Of a DNA stretch of 64,000 bases, positions 22,337 through 36,577 are shown piece after piece. The position numbers were made by a program, and so were the translations under genes. Below the pieces are notes generated by a model. The model saw only the letters and a program-made list of their open reading frames with translations, made no database searches and was not told the origin of the DNA. Source of the DNA: Eledone cirrhosa (lineage: Eukaryota); the NCBI GenBank assembly GCA_964016885.1, contig OZ024740.1, forward strand, positions 143,468,001-143,532,000. Reading direction: 5' to 3'. How positions within the stretch are numbered: position 1 is the first letter of the stretch; every line of letters starts with the position of its first letter.

Positions 22337-24330
22337 ATCATCATCATCATTTTACGTCCGCTTTTCCCTGCTTGCAAGGGTGGGACGGGTCTTATTCAGC
22401 ACAGCATCTCTCCACTCGTCACGGTCCCTCGTCATCTCCACAGTGAGCTTCAATGATCTGAGGTCTGTTCTCACCACCTCCGCCCATATTTTTCGTGGTC
22501 TACCTCTACCACGTCTTCCTTCAACTGGCATTTCCTGGCACTTCTTCACCCATCGGTCATCCTCCATGCGCATCACATGTCCATACCACCTCAGTCTCCT
22601 CTCCCGTACACTACATTCTATCCCTCTCAGACACAGTTTCTCTCTCAACACATTTATGCTGGGTCGTTCACGCACATTTACACTGCACATCCAACGGAGC
22701 ATGCTTGCCTCATTTCTCTCCAGCCGTCGCATATCCTCTGCGGTTGCTGCCCATGTCTCACTACCATGCAGCATCGCGCTCCTCACACAGGCATCATACA
22801 ACCAGCCTTTCGTACGCAGGGAGAAACCCTTCTTCGTCAACAGAGGATGGTCCGGCCGCCTTACCATTTTTCATTTCCCTAATCGCCTCTTGGACCCTAT
22901 ATTCGTCAATCTCAATAGCTGGTCCCTCTGTCGGATCTACCAAGGGTAATTTCTCTCTCTCCCATTCGTTCTCCACATTCATCAGTCTCTCATAATGACA
23001 TTTCCAGGCCTCCTTTTTCTGGTCATTCGTGACACTAAGTACACCGGCATCATCCCGGACACATTTATCTCCAACAACATCCTGATTTGCATTGACACAC
23101 TGCCTTGCAATGTGGAACACCGCACGCCTCTGATCTTCCCGTCGCAGAACATTGGCAAACCTCCTACTCTCTGCCTCCCTGCGTGCTAAGTACACCTGAC
23201 GTCTAGCTTCTCTCTTAGTGGCTGTATATTCTTCCCTACTCCCACCCTTTTTCCAAGCCTTCCATGCTAGTCTTTTGTCTCTAATAGCCTTATCTACTGT
23301 GCTGTTCCACCACCAGGTCACTCTCTGTCTGGTTGGAGCTCTGCTCCAGCCACAGGTTTCATCAGTAGCCTGCAGCAAGTTGTCACGTAAGAACTTCCAG
23401 TTATTATCTATGTCATACGTCTCTAAATTGTCTTCTTTTTCGTCATATACATCTTGAAGGGCTTTCCTAAATTTGTATTTTAGTGAAAGGTCTTTTAGCT
23501 TCCAGACCTTTCTTCTCCACACCTTCCTATATGTCTCATTCTATCTCTTGCTTACTGAGATATCACTAACAGCTAACCTATGCTGTGGGGTACATTCTTC
23601 CCCAGGGTATGCCTTGGTATTAGACACTATCTGCCTGTCCCGCTGCCTAACTAGCAGGAAGTCAATCTGGCTTATGTGCTCACCAGATTTGTAGGTTATT
23701 AGGTGATTGGCAGGTTTCTGGAAGTTTGTGTTGCAAATAGTCAATGTACTCGCATCACAAAATTCAAGAAGTCTCACTCCTTCTTCATTTCTTGAACCGT
23801 AACCGTGCCCACCATGTACCCCAGTGTAACCATCCTGGAGCTGTCCAACATGACCATTGAAGTCTCCTGCTAGCATAACGATGTCTCCGTCCTCTGTCAT
23901 TGTGGTTGTTTGCAAAAGTTGCTCATAAAAGCAGTCTTTCTCATCTTTGCCTAGGCCTGCTTGGGGAGCATAGACCGAGATGATTGTCAGTAGTCTCCTA
24001 CCTACAACTAATCTAAGCTTAATTATTCGATTACTAACTCGAACTACCTCTATTGTCTTATTGATCCATTTCTCAGCCAGGAAAATGCCTACTCCCCCTA
24101 ACTCATCATCATTACCTACCCAGAATAGCTTATAGCTAAGACGCTTGCCTACAACTAGTCTCGCAGAGGCACCTCTCCATCTCACCTCTTGCACGCAGCA
24201 CACATCCACCTGCCTTCTCTCCAGCATCTCTGCTATTTCAGCAGATCTACCTCTGAGAGTGCCAACATTAAGTGTTGCAACTCTGAGATGCGACGTCTTC
24301 ATATTTTCCTATGCTGTTTTGTTGCTGTGC
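22337..24330 (-). mobile_element. RTE LINE with the whole RT domain deleted
   Basis: Endonuclease ORF 23541-24302 and linker to KAAGPS are joined directly to the post-[30 protein letters not shown], then (ATG)n. Confidence 0.92.
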
Positions 24331-24529
24331 TGATAAGCTTTTTGGCATTGATACACTGGTTGGATGCCCTTACAGCATGGACTGGGTGCTTTTATTTGTG
24401 CCACCAGCACTAGAGAGGATGTCTTACTAGACTCAAGGGCCCTCTCTACCCCTCCATTTTACAGCATGGTCATTAAAAAAAAAAAAAAAAAAAAAAACTT
24501 ATTGACACGACTCACACACCAATACTCAT

Positions 24530-25080
24530 GCATTGGCTGCTTCAATTGTGATGACTGAACTTTGGATTCCAGGTTGTACCCATATGCTCATATCTCGTCT
24601 CTAGTTATCACAATATTCAGGAACTCAAAATCCTTGTTAGCAGTATCCAGCAGGTCCAGTGCAACTTCAAGATGAAGTTTTGTTGCTCCCGAGAAAGCAA
24701 CTTGGGCACAAATTTTGCTGCTATTCTGCACATGACCAAATCCTTTCTTAAAATTGCATATGCAGAATTTTTACTGATCACAGCCTTCATCACAAATTTC
24801 CCACACTGTCAAATGATGATTCTTCATTATCAAGTTCTGCACTTTCTCAATAATAACTGCCTTTCGACCTGTTCTACCATTAGTAACCTGCATGTTGAAT
24901 TTTACAAATTATTTCTGCTTGGATATATTTTGGAGAAAAATTTGATACAAGCTCATTGCTGTTCTGTCAGCATGAACAAAATTGAAATGGCTCAACAAAA
25001 ATCATGCAGCTCCATTTTGCATGCTTTTGTCTCCCTAACATCACTACTTCTCACAAGAAAAAATAAGTGTGATATGGTTT
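24530..25080 (-). mobile_element. Mariner transposase remnant
   Basis: Reverse complement FLNIVIT.DE..AYGYNLESKVQSSQ and upstream KFVPKLL match mariner WVPxxL / TGDEKW regions. Confidence 0.65.
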
Positions 25081-25297
25081 TGACAAACATTACATATAGT
25101 TTCATAATATTCATACAAATTTTGTTATTCATTTTTGTTAATTTCAAGTCACTGCAAAGACATAAGGAATGCTTAAAGACTTTTTAAATAAAGACTTTTT
25201 AAATAACTGTGTTTTAGTTACTCTCAATTCTTGAATAATCTGGTATGGGTGTCCCGTTTACTTGTTCCAGCCATCCGGCTGAGGCGACCGCAGATTA

Positions 25298-25853
25298 TCT
25301 ATATCTATATACTACTAAAACTCTGTGATTGCTTGCTTGCCTGTAATACATTACAAAAAAGCTGAAGTGAACGTGACCCAACGGTTCACGGGTGGTCTAG
25401 TATAATATAAAAGAGAGATATTTATTAGTTGGTTGAATCACACAAAAACTACACATACATCTAAAGAAAGAGAGAGATAGGCCATTATACAGTGAGAGAT
25501 ACAAGTGTTAAATATTCAGAGAGAGAGAGTGACATCCCACAAAAGTATAGAATCGGCTTAAACTATAGATGCTTTGATCCATAAGAAGGTTTAACAATAT
25601 TGCATTAGCTTTTATAAAGTAGTTTTACAGTCTTTGATTTTACAGAACAAAGAAAAATTGATATTTGAAATTAATTTACCCTCCAGCTTGTATCCATATA
25701 CTACTTACAGTCTGTACTAACGGAGCAACACTTCAGAAGCAATGGTGCGTTTCAGATGACGTCCTTTGGAGCTGAAAAAGATCATACTGACTGGTTATTT
25801 CACATTTAAAATCCAAGGCCAATGCTACCATTTAATCAGCAGTTTACTCCTCC
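25298..25853 (+). mobile_element. Helitron remnant with RepHel protein fragment
   Basis: NGAFQMTSFGA (25741) and frameshifted FTFKIQGQCYHLISSLL match the conserved Helitron FQMTSFGA..FKVQGQVYH motif. Confidence 0.75.
25304..25400 (+). mobile_element. 97-bp complete mini-Helitron
   Basis: A|TC start, hairpin CGTGACCC-AAC-GGTTCACG at 25372-25390, CTAG|T end, no TSD. Confidence 0.8.
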
Positions 25854-26762
25854 ATCTAATCCATGCTAGCGTGGAAGAACGGACGTAAAACGGTGATGAT
25901 GATGATGATCTACACAGTTTTGGTTACTAATTATCATCTGCAGTAGCATTTAATATCCACTTTCCATGCTTGTGTTGGTTAGACAGATTGTCACGTTATG
26001 AGACAAGACAGGTCAAGTAACCAGGACTGGATTTAGACCATGGGGGTACCCCCTTCCTTACACAAAATGCAAAAAACTGACCAATAATACATAAATATAA
26101 TAGAGATACATACATAGACATTAAATGGAAATATACATAATATATACACAATAGGTAAATGTTAAATATTATATATAAATGTAGACATATTAGTGTCAGA
26201 GCTGGTACAAAGATTTTCGCATATATGTACTAGAGGTTTTGGCCAAAGCGTATCAAACCACCATAATGTGGTTAAATGCATCTATCAATGAAAATCTATC
26301 GTTGCCTAAACTAAGTACAGTAAGTTATATCTACATATTCAGAACACTGCTCTCTACATCCTGTAGGGAGAGAGCACTTAGTATTTTGTGGGTCATAATG
26401 ATTGTCAGTTAAATCTTTATGAGTGCTAATTTGCTGAATGATCTCTCTCCTGAACTCTTTACTATCAAATATATCATAAGAACTATATCAACACTTGGAA
26501 AGGTATCAGCAAGCCAATCATAGAGTAACACTGCCTGTTGAGATGGCATGAGACATGACCTGAAAGTTTTAATCAAGGAATTGAATATATTTTAACCATA
26601 AACCCTGTAATTTTGACATGTACTATATTTCTAATCTGAAGAGAATGATGCATTCATCCCACAGAAAGATGAGCCTTTGTAATTTAAACTTGTATAAGGA
26701 AGAAAAAAGGGAATAAAAAGAAAATTTATTGTATATAAACTTTGTTGCACTTACTGACATTA

Positions 26763-27099
26763 CATCATCATCATCATTTTACGTCCGCTTTTCTCTGCTT
26801 GCAAGGGTGGGACGGGAACTGATTCTGGCTTGATTTCTACAGCTGGATGCCCTTCCTAACACCAACCTCATTTACAGTGAGTGCTGGGTGCTTTATTGCC
26901 GTGGCACCTCCAAGACCACTTTGCAGTGGAATGATATGGACCCCAGTCCCTATCATCTCATTTCTACAGCTGAGTAAACTGGAGCAATGTGAAATAAAGT
27001 GTCTTGCTCAAGGAAACAACACATCACCCAGTCTGAGAATTGAACTCACAACCTTATGATTGCAAGGCCAATGCTCTAACCACTAAGCCATGTGCCTCC
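26763..27099 (-). mobile_element. tRNA-derived CORE-type SINE with RTE 3' tail
   Basis: A-box TGGCTTAGTGG, B-box GTTCAATTC, CORE-like CCTTGAGCAAGACACTT, (ATG)n tail, flanking CATTACA direct repeat. Confidence 0.88.
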
Positions 27100-27329
27100 A
27101 TTACACATGTTTAAATTTTAGAATATAGGCCTTGTTTTGAGCAAAGTATGAGATTTCTAAAAAAAAACATCCCTAAACTAATAAAAAATGAAAATCTGCA
27201 GTTCAAACACAGCATCAAAGTTTCAAATCCTTTTGAGAGATGTCTGGGAGAAATAGAGACAGATTTACCACAGTATTTAAGTAGTTTATTCTCACCTCCA
27301 CTCTAGAAGAGAGATTTTTCAATGTTCTT

Positions 27330-27545
27330 TATACGTTCATAGCAGACAGTTCTCCATTTTCCAGTCAGCAGCTAGGGCTTCAAACGAAGTAAGATATGTT
27401 CCCTGATTTAAAATTGTACTTCAGTTTGTCTTTTTATCTGAATAATAGTCTGCTTACATTACTTGCACCATTATGAAGTTGACTGTATAACAGTACCTTG
27501 GGTGTGCTGTCGTCAATCATACATAGAACATGACCAGCCCATATA
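27330..27545 (-). mobile_element. RTE/BovB-like 3' fragment
   Basis: Reverse complement WAGHVLCMIDDSTPKVLLYSQL. Confidence 0.65.
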
Positions 27546-28019
27546 TATATATGTGTATAATCATTGATATATATGTATACTGAACCTTAAGGACATCAAA
27601 GCACATGTATATAGAGTGAGTCTGCAGTGCTGAGACCGGGGAGTCCACTAATCATGAGAGTGTATATATATATATTTATATTTGAAAAAGGAGTAAGGTT
27701 CTATACAAAACAGGTTATAGAGAAAAAGTAGGATTGGAAACAGCACAGGAAATAACGGGAAATAAATTTAAAGAATCTGGGTTTTTTTTACTTCTTTGAT
27801 CCGTCAATTTGAAAAATGTACTGTCAATGTACTGTCTTAGCTATAAAGATGTCATAATGTGTATAAATAATAGAATTATGTCCCTCTTTAAGAAAACAAG
27901 AATAGTATAAAAGTAAAAACCCAATTTATATAATAAATATGATTTTCAAAAGAAACAAATCAATAAAAATCAGTCAATGAAAAATAACAGAAAGCACACT
28001 TAATGACAAACTACAACAT

Positions 28020-28185
28020 AAAATGCTGGTATTGCCCTCTAAAAATGTTTGAGGCAAGCCAAGACAGCATTACTGAGAGTGATAGTGAGGCTAAGATGCT
28101 GGAATAGCCAAGTGTCCTTATGAACATCATCTGATAATTAACTGTCAACGGCCCAGCTTCCCTTAACATTCTCAAATGTTACAAG
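28020..28185 (-). mobile_element. CRE-like C-terminal fragment
   Basis: Similar to 16010-16150 (GCTGGAATAGCCAAG) and ends in an RGNTSI-like motif. Confidence 0.45.
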
Positions 28186-28979
28186 CTAAAAATGTCATTC
28201 ACTGATAAATCACAGTATTTCAGTAATTCATTCTGTTTATGAAAAGATATAACAACATTAGAAGATATTTCCTTGTGACTTTTATGAACAGTATAATACT
28301 TTTCAAATTGAAATGGTTGATATGTTATATTTGAAAACCCAGAGTCGACAGTTACATGTGATATAAAGAAAATTAAAGATTTAATGAACATAAGTAATTT
28401 GAAATTGCTAATCAATATTAATTCTATTCTCCACCACAATCTGAAGTCAGTGATTAATCAGATTGTAATAATACATGTCTATGTATTTAGTTTTGTTTTA
28501 GATCTTTTATCTAAAAATATTTTAATATATCGTTTGTAGTAACTTGTGTTTGGGTGACACTTCATCTGTAGTAAGACTATCCAAGCAGTTAAATATTTAA
28601 TAACTTTTGAGAGAGAAACACTTTAGAAATGTTTACCAGTATTATTAGGCTTCCATTAGCAGAAACTAACTTTTCTATATAATCATACATAATAGTTTAG
28701 AGAATGATCTAAAATAAGCTTATTGATTTATCTCATTGTTTAATCACTAATTTCAAATTTTGTAGCTTTGGTTAGATGTTCTACATATTAAATGATAATA
28801 TAATAATTTAAGAGTAAACCAGATTTATTAAAATTACAGGTTACTAAAATTTATTCTAAAAGAGTGATGCAGTAAAAATTAATGATTCAGAGCCTCACAG
28901 CTGAGATGACAAAAGGTTGAGGAAATGTGGTGATATCATTTAAGACAGATATGTCTAACTAATACTATTGATGTAGTCA

Positions 28980-29545
<566 letters not shown>

Positions 29546-30134
29546 CTAATATGTTTTCTTTTAGCACAACATGGATACTTTTTTTGTTTTCTTTCTTATA
29601 TATTATTGTGTTAATGAAAATATTCCTCCTACTGTATTTTCAACAACTGGTTTTTGTTGACATTTGAAGATGGTTACAAAAACTTTTACAAGTTTAATTA
29701 GAATGCATAATCATTTTGTATACATTTCCAGACTGTAGAAGGGAAATGTTGCTATTAATCCCTGAGTAGAAAATATTTCATTGTAATTCTACCAGAGATT
29801 TATATAAACAGGGCTATATCTTCCTTTAGTCTTTAAATGATAAATATTGATGATGTATTTCAAATACCAAAAAATTCTGTTATGCCAATATCATCTGAAA
29901 TTCTGAAATAATAGAAAAACAGAATAAGATATAAAAGATACTGAAAGTGAAGATTTAACAGTGAAAATGTTACTACATTTCTCATTTCTATATTAATAAA
30001 CTGTAGATATAAATCTTTAACTGAACAATTGAACTTTACTTTTTAATTTATTACAAAAATTACATCATACAATTTTGTTTAGTGTTTACATATTTGTAGA
30101 CTACCGCTACACCTTCAGATAGTGTAACATTATA

Positions 30135-30270
30135 TGGGTTACGTCCCTTTATGATCTGAGTTCAAATCCCGCCGAGGTTAACTGCCTTTCATCCTTACGG
30201 GATCAATAAAATAAAGTACCAGTAATACACTGGGTAATTGCTGGCCTTGTGCCAAAAGTAGAAACAATTA
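30135..30270 (+). mobile_element. Deu/Nin-type SINE, 5'-truncated
   Basis: GAGTTCAAATCCCGCCGAGG..CCTTTCATCCTTACGG..GTACCAG. Confidence 0.8.
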
Positions 30271-31599
30271 TATATATTTCTGAGTGTATCTAATTTAGAA
30301 CAGGTACACAGTATCTCTGCATGTCATAAGAGGAAACTAAAGAGAGTTGGCCCCGGGAAGAGCATCCAGACATAAAACATTGCCATAAGTATGAAACCTG
30401 TCATGGAGCCCACATAGCTAAACTCTGCTCTAGAACATCACCAAATAGGAGTCACATGATCATTGGCAAGCTTGGTGCAGTTTTTTCTTCTTTAAAGATT
30501 GTTTTTAGTATTCATTTCCAAAACAAACTAGTCTCATGTACTTTAAAAATTTTCATTTGTAAGGCAAGTAGCAAACATGGAGAATTAAGTAGATGTATAT
30601 CTTCCACTCATTTATTTGAAAATCTTTGAATATTTTCCATAATGCTGGCTCTATTCCTAGCTAATTTTGTAGCAACTGAATTTGTTACACTTTGAGAATT
30701 TCTTCGCCATCACTACAAATTGTCCAACCCATACCAGCATGGGAAATGGACATAAAAATTATGATGATATTATAAAATATACTGTTGGTGGGTTATCACA
30801 CTAATACATCACCTTTTCTGTGTAAAAATATTTATAGGTATATAAAATATTTCTTTTCATGGAATGAATTTTGACAATACAGCAACACATACTACTTGAA
30901 TTTTGGTAAATACTAGATATATCAATGAAAAATGAATTGAACAAAATTATGAATGTAAAACACATGACGTAGTGCTTTTATCTCAACACAGGAGATTATG
31001 AATATAGATACTTTCTCATGTAAGGAATATTTGAAGCAACGTTTTTTGGTTGTTGAAGAGGATGATAAACACGACAAATACAATAATTTGGGTTAGATAT
31101 ATAAAGTTTGATGGTAGCACTCACAAATGAATACAGTGTTTAAAAAAGGCTTCTGTGTTGTGCTGGAGAATCTTGTTTAATATGCTACATTGATTGCAAA
31201 GTGACAAGTTGTAGTCAGACAGTATTAGCATCTGTGTGTTAAGGCCACAGGACAGCCTATTTATAATGATGGCTAGTCATTTTTGATAAATAACAGATAG
31301 TTCTAGGATATGTTCTCCTTCATAGGAATGGTGCTGTAAAATTTAGCCTCTGGAGAATTTATCTGTTGTCTTCTCTGTGAGGTCGCAGGTCACTTCTTGG
31401 TGGCCGTGTCTGTAAGAGATTACCAGGGGAAAATATTTCTTTCGCTACATGTTGATAAAATTATTAGATTAGAGCACAGAAAAAGATCAAAATTCATTTA
31501 AAAAATTAGATATATCCATGAGAAAAAAGGAAAGTTTCCTCTAAACAACAAAAATTAAGTATTAAGCTGGCTGTGCTGTATTTGTCACATCCAAGATGT

Positions 31600-32100
31600 T
31601 GGCATTAATACAGTTAGCCTTCTCTATGTATGCATAAATCTAATTATGTGATTTATATGAGAGAATGATTTACCACAGATGTCAGTGATGTGGCTTCTCT
31701 CCTGTATGAATGCATTTGTGAGTAACAAGAATGATCCCCCACAGATATCAACAATATGGTTCCTCACCTGTATGAATACGCCTACGATTAGTTAAGTGAC
31801 CAGTTTCAGAGAATGATTCCTTACAGATATCACAGTGATATGTATTTCCTCCTGTATGAATACATTTGTGTTATTATTTATTTTAAAGAATGATTTACCA
31901 CAGATATCACTGATATAATTTCTCATTTGTATGAATATGTTTGTGTTTAAACAGGTTACTTTTTCAGAGACGTATGTTTTATAAATATAACATTGGCATG
32001 ATGATTTTCCTATCTTTATCGGTATGTCTTCTGAAAAGAAACAATCCTTTAAGTTTCTCATTGAATTAATTTTCATATAATTTCCTTTTCCTACCACAAC
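31600..32100 (-). pseudogene. Second, more decayed C2H2 zinc-finger pseudogene (~5 fingers)
   Basis: Repeated GATATCTGTGGTAAATCATTC and ATTCATACAGGAGAGAAGCC with many frameshifts. Upstream flank 32100-32350 is homologous to 29570-29840. Confidence 0.8.
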
Positions 32101-32594
32101 ATTTGGATGTTTTTCTTGTTTTCTTTTTTATATATTCCTACAGTGATGGAAATATGTTTATGAATTGTGTTCTTTGTCGGTATCTGAAGATGTTTGCAAA
32201 CTACTTTGTAAATCTATCACAGTTCAATTAAAATGCAAAATCATTTTGAACTGTAAGAAAAGAAATGTTGCTTTTAACCTCAGTTTAGAAAAATATTTCA
32301 CAGTATTTCTACTAGAGATTTATATACCTGTCGTGTATAACATCTTCTTAAAGTCTTCACAAGATGGTATGTATTAATAATTTCAGAATTTTGAACTTCT
32401 CAGAGGAAATGAGCAATGAGTGCAACAAGTGGTGAGATGTTTTGGAGAGGAGAAACCAAAGCCATGGAAGCATGGAAAAGCAGACTTAAAAATGATGACA
32501 ATATATACATGATTGGTTCCATTGTATGGCACCTGGGGGAGGTATCTCCTACTATAACTCCACGATGACCAATGCTTTGAGAGTAAATTTGCTA

Positions 32595-33682
32595 GATAGA
32601 ACTGCATGGGAAGAAATTAGTTTGCCCCAAGTCGACCCAACAGAGAAACCGGCTGTGCAAGTTAACAGTAGTATAGTAAGTAAGGCAATCAAGGATATGA
32701 AGACAGGCAAAGCAGCTGGACTTTCCAGGGTAGTTGCCAATGGGTCACACCATAGTCACCTGTATTATAAACCAGGTACTACAAAACAGTGTCATAACCA
32801 ATGACTGGCATAGCAGCACCATTGTCAACTGCTACAAGGGCAAAAGAAATGCTCTAGACAGAGAAAACTATAGAGGCATTAAGTTAGTTGACCAGGTTAT
32901 GAAGGTCACAGAAAGAGTTATTGCACAGCTGATTAGGGACTGAATTAACCTAAATGAAATGCAGTTTGGATTTGTAAGGCAACTACAGAAGTACCTAGCT
33001 AAAAGCAAACCCATTTACTTAGCTTTTGTTGACTTGGAGAGAGCCTTTGACAGAGCATTCCGCTCCATTATATGGTGGGCTCTTAGAAAACTTGGTGTTG
33101 ATGAATGGCTTGTGAGAGCTATACAAGCCATGTATAAAGAAAACTAGGAGTAGATGAGTGGCTTGTGAAAGCCATGTATAGAGGGAAAGTCAGCAAGGTT
33201 TAGAATTAACAATGAATATTGTGAAGAATTTAGTGTAAAAGTAGGTGTTCATCAAGGCTACGTCCTTAGCCCCCTCCTGTTTATTATTGCCCTACAGGCT
33301 ATAACAGAAAAGTTTAAGACTGGCTGCTCATGGGAACTTCTATATGTAGATAATCTAATTCTCATAGCTGAATCTGTGGCAAAACAAGAGAAGAAATTCC
33401 AAACCAAATAAAGTTAACTTGTCTAGTATGTAGAAAGGAAAATAGGGCCCAGATTCCCTCTGGGAAATAGCCTTGTTCAATACACAGGAAAGGAGTAGGT
33501 AGAAATTCCATTCTATGTCCCAAATGTAAACTATGGGTACATAAAAGGTGTAATGGGATCACAGGCAGGCTATCAAAGAACAGGTTTATATGCAGCCGAT
33601 GCACTAGTGCAGTAAGTAGCAAATGCCCACAGGATACTATCTCCTTCAATCTCCCAGATGGTTCTATAGAAATAGTGGACAA
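32595..33682 (+). mobile_element. RTE LINE RT/PHD fragment
   Basis: ENYRGIKLVDQVMKVTERV and DLERAFDR; same family as 5266-8128. Confidence 0.9.
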
Positions 33683-33689
33683 TAGGTGG

Positions 33690-34200
33690 AGAATGAGAGG
33701 TCGGAGGCTGACCATTTATCACATAGTCGTTCCACCAAGCAGGTCTCTTGGTCGTTCGACGCATGCCACCGCCACCTAGAGTGGACTAGGTTAAAGTGGT
33801 GGCAACTTTAGCAATTGGTAATCGCCGGTGATAGTTCGGTCGAAACATCGGCCACCGGCGGGTTGAACGAATACCTAGGTGGGCTGTGCACGAGGACGAA
33901 GTAAGGGGTGAGCAAGGGGAGGGATAGAAAGTGGAGAAGGGGTGAGAAGATTATGAGTGCGTGGAGATGAGTGTGGTCATGTGAGAGACAGTTAAATACA
34001 GTGGGAGAGAAAGAGCACTGAACATGCAAAGAGAAGGAAAATAAAAAGGCTAGAAATACAAACTCTAAGGCTGTGAGTTTGCGAAATAGTTCGCATGGGT
34101 AAATCCGCAGTAAAAACCGAAATTGTGAGTTTGTGTAAAAAATAAAAAAATAAAAAAAACACATGGGCAAGACTTCAGTAAAATCAAAACCTGAATGATA
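33690..34200 (-). mobile_element. Probable retroelement terminal fragment
   Basis: RRTTKRPAWWNDYV resembles the Gypsy integrase C-terminal RRxxR..PxxxxDYV motif; class uncertain. Confidence 0.35.
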
Positions 34201-35039
34201 GTGACACAAGATGTTTACAATTACAGAGTGATTACATTACTGGACCTGAATTCTATCAAGTGGTCAAAGCTTCTAATTCTGTGAAATAGAATGGAAGTCT
34301 GGATTGACCTTTCAGTCACACCTGACTATAAATAGATTCAGGTTATTTGAAGAGGGAGATGGGATGGTGCCATGTGTAATCTCTTCTTGTGAAGCTAGTG
34401 GTAGTTCCTCACCATTTATAATTATTTATTTTTATTTTATATTTGGGGGGTTTGTATTTGAAAAATTGTAAGTGTATGTTAAGGAGGAATGTATAATTGT
34501 GTGATACAATTGCTCCAGGTTGGTTCCCTGCGTTGTTACCACAACCATTCCTTTAAAATTTTGTTTTTTTCCTCCGAAGATCTGTTGTTCTCTGTCTGAA
34601 TTTCTGGATTTGTTTTTTTCTTTCCAGCGTGGTGGGGAAAATAAGGTGTTTCAGATATATACAAGTACAAATTCCAAATATAAAATGACGATAACTTATA
34701 TATATCAATGTGATTGATTTCTTGTTTTTGGTGGGTAGTCGCACGTGGCTGTATGTGTTGCTTATGTTGACTTTGTTTGAAAGTAATCAAGATTTTGGAA
34801 GGATTTAATTAAACAACCTCTCCAATATCTAAAAACAGATTTGTTAATTCACATATATATAGTATGTTTAATAATGGAGAGATCCCTGTGGAAATTTCAC
34901 TAAACTAAAGACTAGTTTTTAATGTGGTGCAGCCATAGTGAGGGTTTTTTTTTTTCTCTCGTGTATATATTTTTTATGTTGCAGATATATAATCCACATT
35001 TTCCAAAATGCAGATTACGATTATAATTCTTATATATAT

Positions 35040-36065
35040 AGTGGTAGAACACTGGAAGGTAATATCCATAGTGGTAGAGCACTCAGTCCATGGGTCGAGT
35101 TAGGTAGAAGTGGTTACACAACAGTTAGTTCACTATACCTAGAACAATTGTTTCACCTTAGCGGATCCTCAGCTCGTGATGGACATGGTTATACGGAACA
35201 GGAAGACAACCGTACGAACGCGCATGTGCAGAAACGATCACTTCACACAGGCAATACTAAAATGCGTGCGAGAAGTGTAAGGGAGATAACTGCGAAAGTC
35301 TGAAAAGTTTCTAGTTGATAAGAAAATTAGGATGTTGTTGTTATTCAATCCGGAGCTTTGGAGTTATGTAAGAGATGTTTCGAGACATGTGGACAACGTG
35401 TGAAAAATTCATTTCTTGCGTTTAGGAAATCTCTATTGCGTAATCTCTTTAGAATATTTATTCATTCGTCGATACATAGTCCACACGACGGATTGCCCCT
35501 TGCGTATGGCTTGGACTTAGTGATGGCTTTCCATTGAATGGAGTAGTCTATACTTGAGTCCTTGAGGGACCACACATGGCTCGCGAGTTTCATGGATGAA
35601 CATCTTTCCGGGTACCTAAAGGTCAACTGGTGGTTCAGGAAGCGTTCCTTAAATCGGCCCTCCGCCATACCCACATAGGATTTGACCTCCTGTGGTTGAT
35701 TTGGTCGGTTGGAAGTGACCACAGCTTCATAAACTACAGCGGGTGTGTTGCATTGCTGTTGTAGGGGACAAGCTTCAGGCTTACAGCAAGAGCACCCTGG
35801 TGGGGTGTTGCTCTTAGGGCTGTTGGTGATGTGGGCCTTCATGTTCTTAGCGCAGGAGTATCCTAGTTTTACTTTGTGTCGGTTAAAGATGGGGTGGTAT
35901 TTATGACCAATGGGAAAGTGTCTGTCTAAGAGGGCTAAACATTTTTTGCCTACATTGGTTTTAACGTTGAGTGAGAAGGGAGGAGAGAACCAGATAGTTT
36001 GTCTATTGTTACGCTTTCTTATCTTATGCTGTTGTTGATAGTGGGTGAGTAAGTGATAGGTTGCG
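35040..36065 (-). mobile_element. Penelope-like element 3' part (GIY-YIG endonuclease and pLTR)
   Basis: IWFSPPFSLNVKTNVGK, CSC..CPL..C, VVYEA..YVGMAEGRFKERFLNH, CGLCIDE; hammerhead in the 3' pLTR. Confidence 0.9.
35139..35176 (-). ncRNA. Minimal hammerhead ribozyme motif in the Penelope pLTR
   Basis: Reverse complement CGAG CTGAGGA TCC gctaa GGT GAAA CAATTG TT CTAG; palindromic helix III. Confidence 0.6.
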
Positions 36066-36309
36066 AGAATATATATATATATATATATACACACATACAG
36101 ACACACTTCTTTGTCAATTTTTCAAAAAAATTAGATATACTTTCAAAAATTTAAACACAAGTCTAAATATTTCCTGCTTTTTAATTATAGAATTTTTTCA
36201 TACAGTAATTACCTAAGCCTGACCTACGCCTTTATAAGATGCACAGTGATTTTGAGGGGCAAATTTTGGAAAAAAAACAAAATATATATATATATAGAGA
36301 GAGAGAGAG

Positions 36310-36550
36310 GTGGGTAGAACACTGGTGGCTTATATCCACAGTAGTAGAGCACTCAGTTCATGGGATGAGTTTGGTAGAAGTAGTGCCACACCATTTCTGA
36401 GAACAATGTTTCACCTCAAACGGATCATCAGCTCGGTTTAAATGAGATATACGGAAAAGGAAAACCATGGCACAAATAGACATGTGCAGAAGATATTCTA
36501 AAAGGGGAGATAACTCACGTTAGATCGATGCATGGAGGTAACTGCAAAAG
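36310..36550 (-). mobile_element. Second Penelope pLTR-like copy, with hammerhead at 36399-36435
   Basis: Diverged match to 35040-35300; GAG CTGATGA TCC gtttga GGT GAAA CATTG TT CTC. Confidence 0.65.
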
Positions 36551-36577
36551 ATCAGAATACAATCATTCATGATACTC

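Noticed and set aside
22332-22995. Long + strand ORFs (205 and 166 aa) as further exons of the Ig-like gene
   Set aside because: Antisense frames of the RTE LINE; they lie after the stop codon and have no splice support.
24672-25187. 171-aa + strand ORF
   Set aside because: Antisense to a mariner remnant; no protein-like features.
33823-33860. 8-bp stem CGCCGGTG/CACCGGCG enclosing GAAA, as a hammerhead
   Set aside because: The CUGANGA box is absent, so it is at best a deleted remnant.
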